From Squalus acanthias (taxonomy: Eukaryota), in contig JASTWF010000036.1 in NCBI GenBank assembly GCA_030390025.1, forward strand, positions 3,474,001-3,538,000: a DNA stretch of 64,000 bases. Direction: 5' to 3'. A program made the position numbers and the translations under genes. Below the pieces are notes generated by a model. The model was not told the origin of the DNA, did not search any database, and was given only the letters and a program-made list of their open reading frames with translations. Position 1 is the first letter of the stretch. Each line of letters begins with the position of its first letter. Below, in pieces: positions 12,945 through 25,100 of this stretch.

Positions 12945-13052
12945 GAAATTGGTGATGTGGAGAACTGGGCAAGAAGTATTGAGATGGACATGAGGACCAT
13001 CGCCACTGCCCTAGAGTACGTCTATAAAGGGCAGCTACAACCTGCAACATGA
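12945..13052 (+). CDS. BLOC1S1: BLOC1S1 last coding exon
   Basis: Acceptor ttttccctccAG at 12943-12944, then EIGDVENWARSIEMDMRTIATALEYVYKGQLQPAT* (TGA 13050-13052). In phase with the 190-322 exon; matches the BLOC1S1 C-terminus. Confidence 0.96.
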   Translation, partial: EIGDVENWARSIEMDMRTIATALEYVYKGQLQPAT

Positions 13053-13347
13053 TGCATCAAATGTGGATCTGAGAAATGGGCATTTTGTGAGGAAGAAGCT
13101 GAAGCGCCTTCACAGTTTAAAGCTGACATTCTAAACACAAGCTATGTAAAGCAGGGTTTCCAACAGGAAGATTGCAGTAAGGCTGGAATGCCCTTCCTGA
13201 TTCTTACTAAGATGAGGGCTATAATATATTGTCCACCCACTGTGATGACTGTTAACGACAATAGTCTAAGAATGAATGCAGATCTGAGACTTCCTGCATT
13301 TGCTTTTGATTGTCCAAAAAGGATAATATGCAAATGTTAAGATCTTG

Positions 13348-13353
13348 AATAAA
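13348..13353 (+). terminator. Probable BLOC1S1 polyadenylation signal
   Basis: AATAAA about 300 nt after the stop codon, followed by T/GT-rich sequence (ctgtttcatgtttt). Confidence 0.6.
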
Positions 13354-14257
13354 ATACGTGCAGATCTGTTTCATGTTTTACTGCTAAAATAATTTGTATT
13401 TGCCTCTGGTTGCTAGCAGCAAACTTTGTTTTAAAATAACACACCATAGCGCATTAGTGGTAGAAATATTCAGTGGAATACTGCCCTGTTGAAAACCAAA
13501 CTATTACATTTTGATTAGTTCCCCCGCAAGCCCAATCCTCTATGCCAAACAATTTGCATCATGTGGTGCTGTCCTGTGTAATACTGCACTTGTATTTATT
13601 TTGCCAACGAGAGGACATGGTTGCTTCTCCTTCCTGGAGTTTGTCAGTGGGACGATGTCAGTTGCCAGTCTGTAGCTATTGCTTCTCCTTCTTGCAGTGC
13701 GCTGTCACTCGGGTGGCCTTCCTTGCCAGCTGCTGTTTCTCCTTCCTGCAGTGCATTCTTGATGGATGACCTCATTTACCAGCTTGTTCTTTGAATCGTT
13801 GCTTCTCCTTCCTGCCGTGCATTGTCAGGCAGGTAACTTCATTTTGCCAGCCTCTGCTCTGGTGGCTGCCTCTTCCTGTTCCTGCTGGGGTAGACCTCAT
13901 TTGCTTGCTTGTGCTCTGTCGCTGTGTTCTGACATTCTGAATTTGCGATCCTAAATAAACCACAAGCTTTTTTTGTTTAAATGAGCCAAAATTCTGTGCA
14001 GAAGTAGGACACTGTCCTACCCAGGAGCAAAAGCTTCCATCAGCATACTGATGTTGTATATAAACGAACTACTAAAAATTAACCTATTTGTGTGCACTTT
14101 TAATAAAGTAAGATGATAAATAACCCTTTGATTCAAATTAATTAACTATTTGCTTATTGTGTTGCACTATATTTGCATTTTTCCCCCATCAACTCTGGTG
14201 TGCATGCAGTGTGGCTGGGAATTATCATGTGATCACACAATGGGGTACAAGTAAGAT

Positions 14258-14400
14258 GTCCTTTCACCTTTTGGGTCTGGGCTAAGTCTGGCCCAGGATG
14301 AAAGTCTGCTGGCTGCAAGGATCCTTCGTGAAATGATTTTGGGCAATCTCAACCCAGTTCCTGCCAAGCATAAGCCCGCAATGTAGAACTGAATTGACAA
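14258..14400 (+). mobile_element. LF-SINE-like ancient SINE relic
   Basis: cctttcacct...ggcccagg...gaaagt...gtgaaatga...tctcaacccagttcct resembles the LF-SINE core as recalled; not aligned. Confidence 0.4.
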
Positions 14401-14819
14401 TCTGGAAAGATTGGCACAGACACGATGGGCTGAATGGCTTCCTTCTGTGCCGTAAACCTCAATGATTCTATGTATATAACCCTTATAATGGGAAATATTA
14501 GTGTCGACTAACTTCTGGTTCTTTCGTCATTCCTATAATGCAAATAGATGGCAGAGTATCCTGACGAGCCAGGACTTAAGTCCTGTACGTGCCCTAAACT
14601 AAACATTTGTACTGTTTTGATTTCATTTGTCAATTTTACTTTTTAAATTAAAAAAAAAAATTAGTTTGGGTAGGCTAATTTTCTGTACAAATATTTGTGG
14701 TGTCTTAACTTTAATGGGAGGCACTTGATTGTGTCCCTGTGGGGCCAGGCGTGCTTGGCTCTGTGTTTATACAGGCCTATGTAAAATAGAACCTGCTCTC
14801 AGGTTTTTGTCAAGAGGCA

Positions 14820-17210
14820 GAAGCGTAGAAACTACAGTACAGAAGGAGGGACATTCAGCCCATCGTGTATGTGCTGGTGCTGGCTCTTTAACTAGAGATA
14901 TCTACTCTTAATCCCATTCCCCTTCCCTTTCCCATATCCTGTTATATTTTTTCAAATACTTATCCAGTCCCATGTTAAAGTCTCTGCCTCCATCGCAACT
15001 TTTGGTAAAGCATTCCATGTTTTAATAATGTTCTGTGCGGGGGAAAAAAAATGCTTCCAACTTCCCCCTTCATTGCTCTTGTGCTAATCCTCCACCTGTT
15101 AGCAATTTGGCAATCAATGGAAACAATCTTTCATTGACCCTCTCAAAACATTTCATCATTTTCCAAACCTCTGTTAGATTCCCACCCTTAACTTTTTTTT
15201 GTTCCATTTGAAAAAAGCTCCAATTTTTGAGACTTTTAAAAAATAATTAGAACCTCTTAATCATGGTGTCCTACTAAATTTGCTGTACCTGTTCGCCTTT
15301 AGCGCCCTGGAAAAATTAGCGCCCCCGCGCCGGAAATTAAGTGGTTGCACCCCAAGAGGGAAGCGGGGCACTACTGGAAGCGCCCCGCATCCCTCTTGGG
15401 GCGCTGCGAGTCAATATCGCGGCGCTACATGCCCGGCGCGTCGCGATATTGCAGGCCTTCCTCCCCTTCTTAAAGGGGAGGGGTCTTGCGCAGCGCGACC
15501 CGGGGATCGGGAGTGCCGACAAAAGAGCCCGGCACTCGAGAAGTGCCGAGCTCATGGAGCGCAGCCGGCACTCCGCGGGGGATGCGGTTCAGGAGGCCGG
15601 GGACGGGAGCGCAGGCAGGTGCTGGCAGGCGGCCAGCAACAAAAATGGCCGCCCCGCACCTCGCTTTTAAATTGCACCTCCCCGGCCGCAGGTAGGCCCC
15701 CCTGACCCCATCGAACATAGCATCTGGCGGTAAGTCAGGGGGCGCGCCCGAAGATCGTGGCCGGGGCGCTGTGCACGGTGATGCCGGCGGCGCGGGGCGC
15801 TACCGGTTAGCGCCGCCGCTAACCTCCCGCTGAATTTCACGGGAGGCGTGGGCGGCGCTGCGCCCGGGCGCTGGTTGCTTTGCATCCAGTTAGCGCCATA
15901 AGAGGGCGCTAACGGGAGGCACAAAGGAACCCAATTTTTCCCCCCTTGTATCTGCACCCCTAGATCTCTCTAAGTGTCTTGTTTAGGGCAATTTTCCTTT
16001 CACTTTTTTTTCCCCAAAATGTAGTACTTCATAGTTCTCTGCAGTTGACCTCCTATCTCCTCTCTGCAAACTTGTTTCTTCCCTCCTGTAATCTACATTC
16101 TTCCTCACAGTTTGTCATGCATCTCAATTTGGTTTCATCAGCAATCCTTTGATTTCATTCCTCTTGAGCTTATGTCCAAATCATTTATATAAATGGAAAA
16201 CAGAAGCGGTCACAGTACACATCCTTGGCACACACTACTACCTACATCCTGCTAATCAATAAAACATTCATTTATCCATACTCTCTGCTTTCTGTCTTTT
16301 TGCCATCTCTCTATACATGTAGCTAAATTTCCTTTAACACCGTGTGCTTTAATTTTGAGAAGTCTCTTGTATAGTACCTTATCAAATGCCTTCTGAAAAG
16401 CCACATAGACAACTCCCATCATATTCCCTTTATACACTCCTGTAATTTACTCAAATCATTCAATTAAATAGTTCAAGCATGACTTGCAATTTACAAATCC
16501 TTCGCAGTTTACCCACAACTGACTTAAGACTAACTAGTCTATAATTTTCTGCCTTATCCCTTTACTCTTTCTTGAACAGGGGTGTAACATCTGCTATCCT
16601 CTGGTCTTTTGGCATAATTTCTGTTTCCAAAGATTTTTGGAAAATGATGGTGCACGCTTTTGCTATCTGCACCAATATTATGGTATGCATCTCGTGTAGG
16701 CTTGGTGACTTATCTACTTTCAGTCCTATTAACTTTTTTGATAGCTTTTGAGTATTTCCAATAGTGGCTCTTCCACATTCTCCCCCAGTATGCTTACAGT
16801 GCCATCTTAACCTTCCTCATAACAAGTATTTTGCCTCTTTTTTAAGCATTTCTGCCTCTCCCTGACTCTCAAGTATAGTATAACAAGATGGCCCCTTTCA
16901 TCTCTTAAGTGGTGCCATCCCTTCTTTAACTATCCTGTTACTTGTGTGTCTATAAAATCCCTTGTTCCTTCCCTTTATATTGACTGTCCGTCTTCGTTCA
17001 TACGCCGTCTTGGCCCTCCTATTCTCCCATTTTGGTTGCTAGCTATACTTTTTATATAGTTTTCATTTTTTCTGTATTATACCCTCTCTATTTATCATCT
17101 GCCTTTTTATAAATTGTCATTTGTGCTCTAACCCCTTTGTCCATGGAACTCCAGCCTTTACCAGACCCCCTTTACTCCTAGTCAGAATGTATTTAACTTG
17201 TACCTTATCC
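14820..17210 (-). mobile_element. Old degenerate CR1 LINE split by a MITE
   Basis: Minus-strand VVYVAFQKAFDKVLYKRLLKIKAHGVKG (16252-16437); CR1 tail near 14820-14900. Confidence 0.75.
15292..15945. mobile_element. Harbinger-type MITE, TAGCGCC-repeat family (left end truncated)
   Basis: GC/CpG-rich with many (t)agcgcc / ggcgct(a) motifs. Right end CCCAATTTTTCCCCC. Homologous to the 45862 and 59816 elements. Confidence 0.7.
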
Positions 17211-17214
17211 AAAC

Positions 17215-17525
17215 ACACTAGCGCAGCAAGGTCCCACAAACAGAAAATGGGTTAAATGACTAGCTAGTATGTGTAGTTTGAGAGCTGGCCATGACAACCC
17301 TTTGCTCTTCAAAGAACTTCTGATGGGATCTTTTCCATCCATCCCAAACCAGTAGGCAGGACTTTAACTTAACATTTCGTCTGAAAGACTGCACTGCCAA
17401 CAAAGCAGCACTCCCTCGGTATTGCAGGGACATGACTAGACTATGTGCTGAAGTCCTGGTGTGAAATTTGTACCCAAAACCTTCTATTCGAGGTAAGAGT
17501 GCTACCAACTGAGCCAAGCTGATGC
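17215..17525 (-). mobile_element. Deu-domain SINE, degenerate
   Basis: tRNA head (ctaccaactgagccaagctga) and cagcactccctcggtattgca core on the minus strand. Confidence 0.65.
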
Positions 17526-17786
17526 TTGCTGCAGTATTACAGTAAATGTAGGACAATCTGCTACATATATGAAACCTGGATAATTAGTGTTGATGGCGAA
17601 ACATCTTCTTACATTGGTGGTAAGATGCGATGTTGATGGAAATTTAAAGAAGAAACCTTTTTGCTTGCTGTTCTATCGCAATATCATATTTTGTCCAGAT
17701 GCAGATTATAACCAGCACAACCTACTCTAGTTTGGTCCAAATGCGCATGGAAACCACACTTAACTCTTTTTTTAAAAGGGTAGAAC

Positions 17787-18110
17787 TCCATGAATGGTTC
17801 AGTGAGTAAAAGCACTGCTTGCTTGTGGTACTGAACTATAGAGACCAAGAAGGGCCCAGGTTGAATCCTTGGTTTGTGCTGAGTTAGCTAATCTCAGCCT
17901 GGGTGGCAGTCAGAATATTACAATTGGCCTTAGTGTACTTGGGCGACAGAGGGGAAATATCCATTGACTCCTGGTGGGAAGTGGATGTTAGCGGACAAGA
18001 TTGGGTTCTGCTGTGATGCCTCCCATGGTCAGATAGACTGTTGACACTACCTAGGCTGCCACGTGAAGGATGGCAACTCAGATGAGGTACTGAAAAGTCG
18101 CTGATGCCCA
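17787..18110 (+). mobile_element. Second tRNA-headed SINE-like family (unclassified)
   Basis: ggttcagtgagt...caggttgaatccttggtttgtgctgagttagctaatctcag...gacactacctaggct. Related fragments at about 2950-3100, 12040-12215, 18990-19660, 24440-24545, 25110-25210, 35760-35960, 51840-52000, 58480-58760, 59330-59665 and 62040-62250. Confidence 0.6.
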
Positions 18111-20574
18111 TGGAACCCTGCAAGAAGGCAGCACCTTCAGGAGAAGTAGAGGAAAATCTATCTACCCCTCTTCCCTTCCACATATGAGCCATTAGGCATA
18201 ACAATTGTGAATCTGAATTTCCCTACCCGTGACCAGTCTTGTACTCTTATTAGTACAGGAAATTACTTCTTTTTGTAGGGAGTGGCGAGTTCCTCTAAAC
18301 TGTACACTCCTACTTCAATTTGTTTTTCTCTGACTCTTAGAACCTGACGATTGGGGAGACCTTCCTTTTAATTCCCTCCTGGAGCCTCATGGAAACCTGA
18401 CATTATGGGTCAGGAAGTCTCCCAAATGCCACTCGCCTAACAGCGAGTAGCTCCATTGAATCAGCGGAGATTAGCATCCCTGTGGGGTGGTGGTTTAAAG
18501 GAAGCTTTCTGCTATTAGGTAGGGGAGCTTTGTTTCAGGACAAAATATTTGGCAATGGAATAACTGAAAAGGCGGATACAAAAACGACCCTATTCACCTC
18601 CCTGCGCACATACACACACACAGCAAGTTCCTCTTTCACATTGAAAATACTGAATGATCTACCAGTGTTGCCTTTATTGAAAAATAATCGTGCAGCTTTA
18701 TCCTTCTGATGGTCAGTCAGACACAGACTGCTTCCATTCCAAATCACCCAGCACGTAAACATTTGGGTGTAGGATGAGAGAAATAGCAAAGTCGGCCAGC
18801 TAGCAAATTGAACAGGATGTGCAGTTCCTCACGAGCTGGCGTTCTGGCTTTATTGGGATCTCCTGTATTTGTAATTAGCGGTGTTTTAATGAATGAGTTT
18901 TCACGATATCTCGAGGGGTTTAGTTACAGCCTTGGAGTTATTTTTTTCTCTTAACTCATTCAACTTCACATTGTCAAACGATGGCCCCCAGCACACCTTA
19001 GTTGGCAAAAGCCAGTACAGTGCATATTGAGCCATACCGAATAGAAGATTAAAGGTTTGATTCCTGGGTCTGTGCTGAATTAGCTCATCTCAACTGTGAC
19101 AGTGGTTGAGGCTTCTAATCCCCCATGCTGTTCTAACCTGTTACCATAATTATACTGCTTCACCCTGTCAGGGGAGCTTGAGGCCATTAACTATGTCCTG
19201 GGGATTCTGTATTTTGCTTGCCCATAATTTTCGTGTTTCACTGAATTAATTATGAAATTTAAGGTGCACACAGATGAGAATGCAAGATTTGGGGGGATTT
19301 AGAATCAGGCTGGGTGGGTTTCTGAGAACTGGGAAGTTCAGCAGCACCACTGACTGGCATTTAGTGGCTATTGCAGCTATTTGTTCTGAGATCTTCACTG
19401 AGTATATTCATTTCATCTTGAAATTGTGATCTTTAGATACGAGAAAGAGATAGGACATTGTACCTGTGAAATTGTATTTGTTTTAAACAGCAGCAACAGT
19501 TAAAATAATAAATTGTGATGGGCGTGGAAGAACAGCCAGGATTTCTGCTCCTAGTCACTATCCAGTGACCCTGCTAAGAAGTGTACGTGCGAGATGTTGG
19601 GTGAAGATCAGATCTGGTTCAGCAATGATAGATTCAATAGCCTGCTAACACTCACTGGGTGATAGGTTCAGGATATTTCTTATCCTTCACGTTGATACAG
19701 GCACATGGACTCACGAGAGAGAGACATCTGATTAATAATCTTTATTTATAAACACTAATACAAACCCAGCACATCACCGTGCTTATCAGCTTGACTTCAC
19801 TACTACTCACAAGCAATGAACTGATCGGGCCTCGTGAACTGTGTCCTTTGACCAGTCATGGTAGTCTCATCAAAAATGCTTAAGAGTTCTTTAGTGTGCT
19901 GTATGGCTACGGTGAGCATCGTGTTAGTTTCCTATCACGTGCAGAAGTACATAGGATAAATATGTAAGTATGTTGGTGGTCACGCAGACCACTCGCCCCC
20001 CCGCACATACTCATTAATGATATCTGTTTATTGTTCTCCGGACATTTCATATGCATGATCAACGAAGGTTGGCCCTCAGAATTTTTGCGTCCTTATCTCT
20101 CTAGACATTTATTACATTGAGGCCTATTCTTCACTCACACACTCCACACCTCTTACCAGGCACTTGGGCGCCTGTTCAGCAATTAACTTTCCAGTTTCAT
20201 ACCATCGTTCACTTAGCTTCTTAGTCTTGCATTTTTGTATGTCCAGAGTGTGGTTTAATCCAATTTAACCCTTACCACTATCACAGCCTACCTATATGCC
20301 TACATGCTGCTGACTATTCTACCCAGCTTACTGATCCTTGCACTGGGGAAGTGGTTATTGCATTTGAGTTCTTATCCCAACATTTCTGACCGTCCGTTTA
20401 ACAGCAATGGTGTCTTTAGCAGAGGACCAGATGGCCAAGTTACTTTCCAACTTTGGCCAGGAGTTGAAAACAGAGTACTTACCAGCTTATTGACAACGTG
20501 ACTGTTGTGTCATACCATTTTCAGGTCTACTGCTATCATTTATACTATGGAGCAGTTCCTTACATATAAAAGGG

Positions 20575-21597
20575 GATCATTCGGATTGGAGGAAGGTACA
20601 CAGTGGTGTTCCCCAGGGGTCGGTACTAGGACCACTGCTTTTCTTGATATATATTAATGACTTGGACTTGGGTGTACAGGGCACAATTTCAAAATTTGCA
20701 GATGACACAAAACTTGGAAGTATAGTGAACAGTGAGGAGGATAGTGAGAGACTTCAAGAAGACATAGACAGGCTGGTGGAATGGGCGGACACGTGGCAGA
20801 TGAAATTTAACGCAGAAAAGTGCGAACTGATATATTTGGTAGGAAGCACGAGGAGAGGCAATATAAACTAAAGGGTACAATCCTAAAGTGGGTGCATGAA
20901 CAGAGATCTGGGGGTATATGTGCACAAATCGTTGAAGGTGGTAGGGCAGGTTGAGAAAGTGGTTAAAAAAACATACGGGATCCTGGGCTTCATAAATAGA
21001 GGCATAGAGTACAAAAGCAAGGAAGTTATGATGAACCTTTATAAAATACTGGTTCAGCCTCAGTTGGAGTATTGTATCCAATTCTGGGCACCGCACTTTA
21101 GGAAGGATGTGAAGGCCTTAGAGAGGGTGTAGAAAAGATTTACAAGAATGGTTCCAGGGATGAGGGATTACAGTTACGTGGAGAAGCTGGAGTTGTTCTC
21201 CTTAGAGCAGAGAAGGTTGAGAGGAGATTTGATGGAGGTGTTCAAAATCATGAGGGGCCTAGACAGAGTAGATAGAGATAAACTGTTCCCATTGGCGGAA
21301 GGGTTGAGAACCAGAGGACACAGATTTAAGGTGATTGGCAGAAGAACCAAAGGCAGCATGAGGAAAAGCTTTTTTACGCAGCGAGTGGTTAGGATCTGGA
21401 ATGCGCTGCCTGAGAGGGTGGTGGAGGCAGATTCAATCATGGCTTTCAAAAGAGAATTGGATAAATACCTGAAGGAAAAAAAATTGCAGGGTTACGAGGA
21501 AAGGGGGGAGGAGTGGGATTAGCTGAAGTGCTCTTGCAGAGAGCTGGCACGGGCCAAATGGCCTCCTTCTGTGCTGTAACCATTCTATGATTCTATA
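20575..21597 (+). mobile_element. 5'-truncated CR1 LINE
   Basis: IYINDLD...KFADDTKL...; frameshifted ORF pieces 20644-21522; (ttctatga)n tail. Confidence 0.92.
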
Positions 21598-21669
21598 ACT
21601 GAGAGCCTTATAATGAAGAAGTATGTGTAACAGGGACAGTATTGTCTTATAGTAGGTAGGGGTGTGCAA

Positions 21670-23842
21670 CTGGAGTAGATTTGGGAGACTACACTAAAAG
21701 GTATGAAGGTGGACATACAATGGCTAACATTCAAGGAAATAATGCATAATTTGCAACAAACATATATTCCTCTAGGGCATAAAAACCCAAAAGGAAAAGT
21801 GATCCAACCATGGCTAACAAAAGAAATTAAAGCTAGTACTAAGTCAAAGGAGGAAGCTTATAAAGTTGCCAGAAAAAGCGGTCAGCCTGAGGATTGGGAT
21901 CTTTTTAGAAATCAGCAAAGGGGGACCAAGGAATTGATAAAGAAAGGGAAAATGGAATATGAGCACAAACTAGCGAAAAATATAAAAACGGATTGTAAAA
22001 GCTTCTGTAGGTATGTGAAAAGGAAAAGACTGGTGAAGGTAAATGTAGGTCCTTTACAGTCAGAGACAGGAGAATTTATAATGTGGAAATGAGGAAATGG
22101 CAGAGAAATTAAATAAATACTTTGTTTCTGCCTTCACGGAGGAAGACACAAAAAACCTCCCAGAAATACGAGAAAACCAAGGGTGTGGCGAGAATGAGGA
22201 ACTTAAAGAAATTATTATTAGTACAAAAACAGTACTAGCAAAATTAATGGAACTAAAAGTCGATAAATCCCAAGGACCGGATGACCTACATCCTAGGGTT
22301 TTCAAAGAGGTGGCCATTGGGATAGTGGACACATTGGTTGTCATATTCCAAAATTCTATAGATTCTGGAACGGTTCCTGCAGATTGGAGGATAGCAAATG
22401 TAACCCCGCTATTTAAGAAAGGAGGGAGAGAGAAAACGGGGAACTACAGACCTATTAGCCTCACATCAGTAGTTGGGAAAATGCTGGAATCTATTATAAA
22501 GGATGAAATAACTGGGCACTTAGAAACTAATAGTGAGATTGGGCAGAGTCAACATGGATTTATGAAAGGAAAATCCTGTTTGACAAACCTACTGGAGTTC
22601 TTTGAGGATGTAACTAGTGGAGTAGACAAAGGAGAACAAGTAGATGTGGTGTATCTGGATTTTCAGAAGGCCTTCGATAAGGTCTCACACAAGAGGTTGG
22701 TGAACAAAATTAGGGCACATGGAATTAGGGGTAATATACTAGCACGGATTGAGAATTGGTTAACAGACAGAAAACAAAGAGTAGGGATAAACGGGTCTTT
22801 TTCAGGATGGCAGGCTGTGACTAGTGGGGTACCGCAAGGATCGGTGCTTGGGCCCCAGCTATTCACAATCTATATCAATGTTTGGATGAGGGGACTAAAT
22901 GTAACATTTCCAAATTTGCTGATGATACAAAGCTAGGTGGCAGTGGCAGTTGTGAAGAGGATGTGAAGAGGCTTCAAGGGGATCTCGACAGGCTCAGTGA
23001 GTGGGCAAGAATATGGCAGATGAATATAATGTGGATAAATGTGAAGTTATCCACTTTGGTAGAAAAAACAGAAAGGCAGAGTATTTCCTAAATGGTGAAA
23101 GGTTGGGGAATGCAGATGCTCAAAGGGGCCTGGGTATCCTTGTACATGAGTCACTGAAAGTGAATATGCAGGTGCAGCAAGCCATTAGGAAGGCAAATGG
23201 TATGCTGGCCTTCATTACAAGAGGATTTGAGTACAGGAGTAAAGATGTCTTACTCCAATTATATAGGGTCTTGGTGAGACCACACCTGGAGTACTGTGTA
23301 CAATTTTGGTCTCCTTACCTAAGGAAGGATTTACTTGCCATAGAGGGAGTGCAACGAAGGTTCATGAGATTGATTCCTGGGATGGCGGGACTGTCGTATG
23401 AGAAGAGATTGAGTAAACTAGGCCTGTATTCTCTTGAATTCAGAAGAATGAGAGGGGATCTCATTAAAGCATACAAAATTATTACAGGGCTTGATAGGAT
23501 GGATGCTGGGAGAATGTTTCCCTTGGCTGGGGAGTCTAGAACCAGGGGCCACAGCCTCAGGATAAAGGGTAGGACATTCAGGACTGAGATGAGAAGACAT
23601 TTCTTCACACAGAGGGTGGTGAATCTTTGGAATTCTCTACCCCAGAGGGCTGTGGAGGCTCAGTCATTGGATATATTCAAAACAGAAGTCGATAGATTTC
23701 TGACTAGTAAAGGCATAAAGGGATATGGCGATAGGGCCGGTGAATGGAGTTGAGACAGAAGATCAGCCATGATCTCATTGAATGGCGGAGCAGGCTCGAG
23801 GGGCCGAATGGCCTACTCCTGCTCCTATTTCTTATGTTCTTA
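21670..23842 (+). mobile_element. 5'-truncated CR1 LINE
   Basis: ORF2 pieces 21703-23753 (PWLTKEIK, GNYRPISLTSVVGK, RT motifs) and a cttatgttcttat tail. Confidence 0.95.
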
Positions 23843-24544
23843 TTTATATGTGGGCGAGTTGTACTGATGGTGGGGTACCTTCCCACAAATACACTGATTA
23901 TTTTTGCCGTCCTTGGCATCTTATGCCATTTTTGTTGGTCTTGGTCTTCTCGTGCCACTCCCCTATTGCCAGGCAAAGCAGGGCAGGCAGGTGAGCAGCT
24001 CTGAGGAATTCACGGATCATGTTCCATAGCTGGCTGTTGCTAGGCATGTGTGAGCAGCCCTGGTTAGTTCAACGTCTCTTTTGCTTCCCTTCCTTGCACC
24101 CACCCCCGACCACCATACACCCCGTGGAGATGCCTGTGCTTGGCTCTTCCCCTGACGACCTCGCTACGGTTGAGGTGAACTCACAACGGAGGGTTTACGT
24201 AAGCCTGCATCATGCCACGCCTTGTCACAGCATACGGTCGCTGCTCACTTCCTTGCTGTTTTGTAGCCTGTTTCAATATCTAGCGATTCTGATCTTTTAC
24301 ACAATCATTCCTTCATACCACAATACCACACCTCTGAAATACCTCCTTCTGTTTGATAGCCCTCCTGTGAAGCGCCTTGGGATGTTTTACTACGTTAAAG
24401 GTGCTATATAAATACAAGTTATTGTTGTTGCTGTTCTCCAATGATAATCAGCACGTGTGCACTTCAAGCAGAAGTCATTAGATTGCAATCAGAAGCAAGA
24501 ACTCTGACTGATTCCCCTCCCTAGTCAGGGGAAGACAAGCCAAT

Positions 24545-25100
24545 AACAACAGAAAATGCTGGAAACACTCAGCAAGTGAGGCAGCATCCGTGGAGAGAGA
24601 AACAGAGTTAACGTTTCACGTCTGGGACCCTTCATCAGAACTGGAAAAAGCTGGAGATGTAACAGATTTTAAGCAGGTGCAGAGGCAGGGAGAGGGGCGG
24701 GGGGTTGGTGGGTGGGAGGGGAGGAAGGGACTGAAGGAATATTCTTGGCTAAGGTAGGAGGCAGGAGTGATAAAATGTTGCAAATGGGGATGGCAAAATC
24801 ATACAGCCTGAAGAATGGGGGCAGGGGTTATAGTCTGAAGTTGTTGAACTCAATGTTGAGTCCAGAAGGCTGTAAAGTGCCTAATTGAAAGATGAGGTGA
24901 TGTTCCTCGAGCTTACGTTGAGTTTCATTGGAACAATGTAAGAGGCCGAGGACAGAGAGGTCAGAGTGGGAGTGGAGCGGAGAATTAAAGTGACAGGCGA
25001 CCGGGAGCTCGGGGTCCCCCTTACGGACTGAACGGAGGTGTTCCGCAAAGCGGTCGCCCAATCTGCGTTTGGTCTCCCCAATGTAGAGGAGACCATCGTG
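24545..25100 (-). mobile_element. Penelope-like element 3' end with GIY-YIG endonuclease fragment
   Basis: Minus ORF GLLYIGETKRRLGDRFAEH...PVACHFN...RKLEEHHLIFQLGTLQPSGLN is the PLE GIY-YIG domain; a pLTR-like region with a hammerhead motif follows. Confidence 0.85.
24606..24642 (-). ncRNA. Minimal type I hammerhead ribozyme motif (PLE), stem II degenerate
   Basis: Minus strand AGUU-CUGAUGA-AGGGUC-CCA-GACGU-GAAA-CG-UU-AACU: conserved core with stem I AGUU/AACU. Confidence 0.6.

Noticed and set aside
15292..15945. CpG-island-like GC-rich block with several ORFs, as a promoter or gene
   Set aside because: It is a MITE homologous to the 45862 and 59816 elements, inserted in a CR1; its ORFs have no recognisable motifs.
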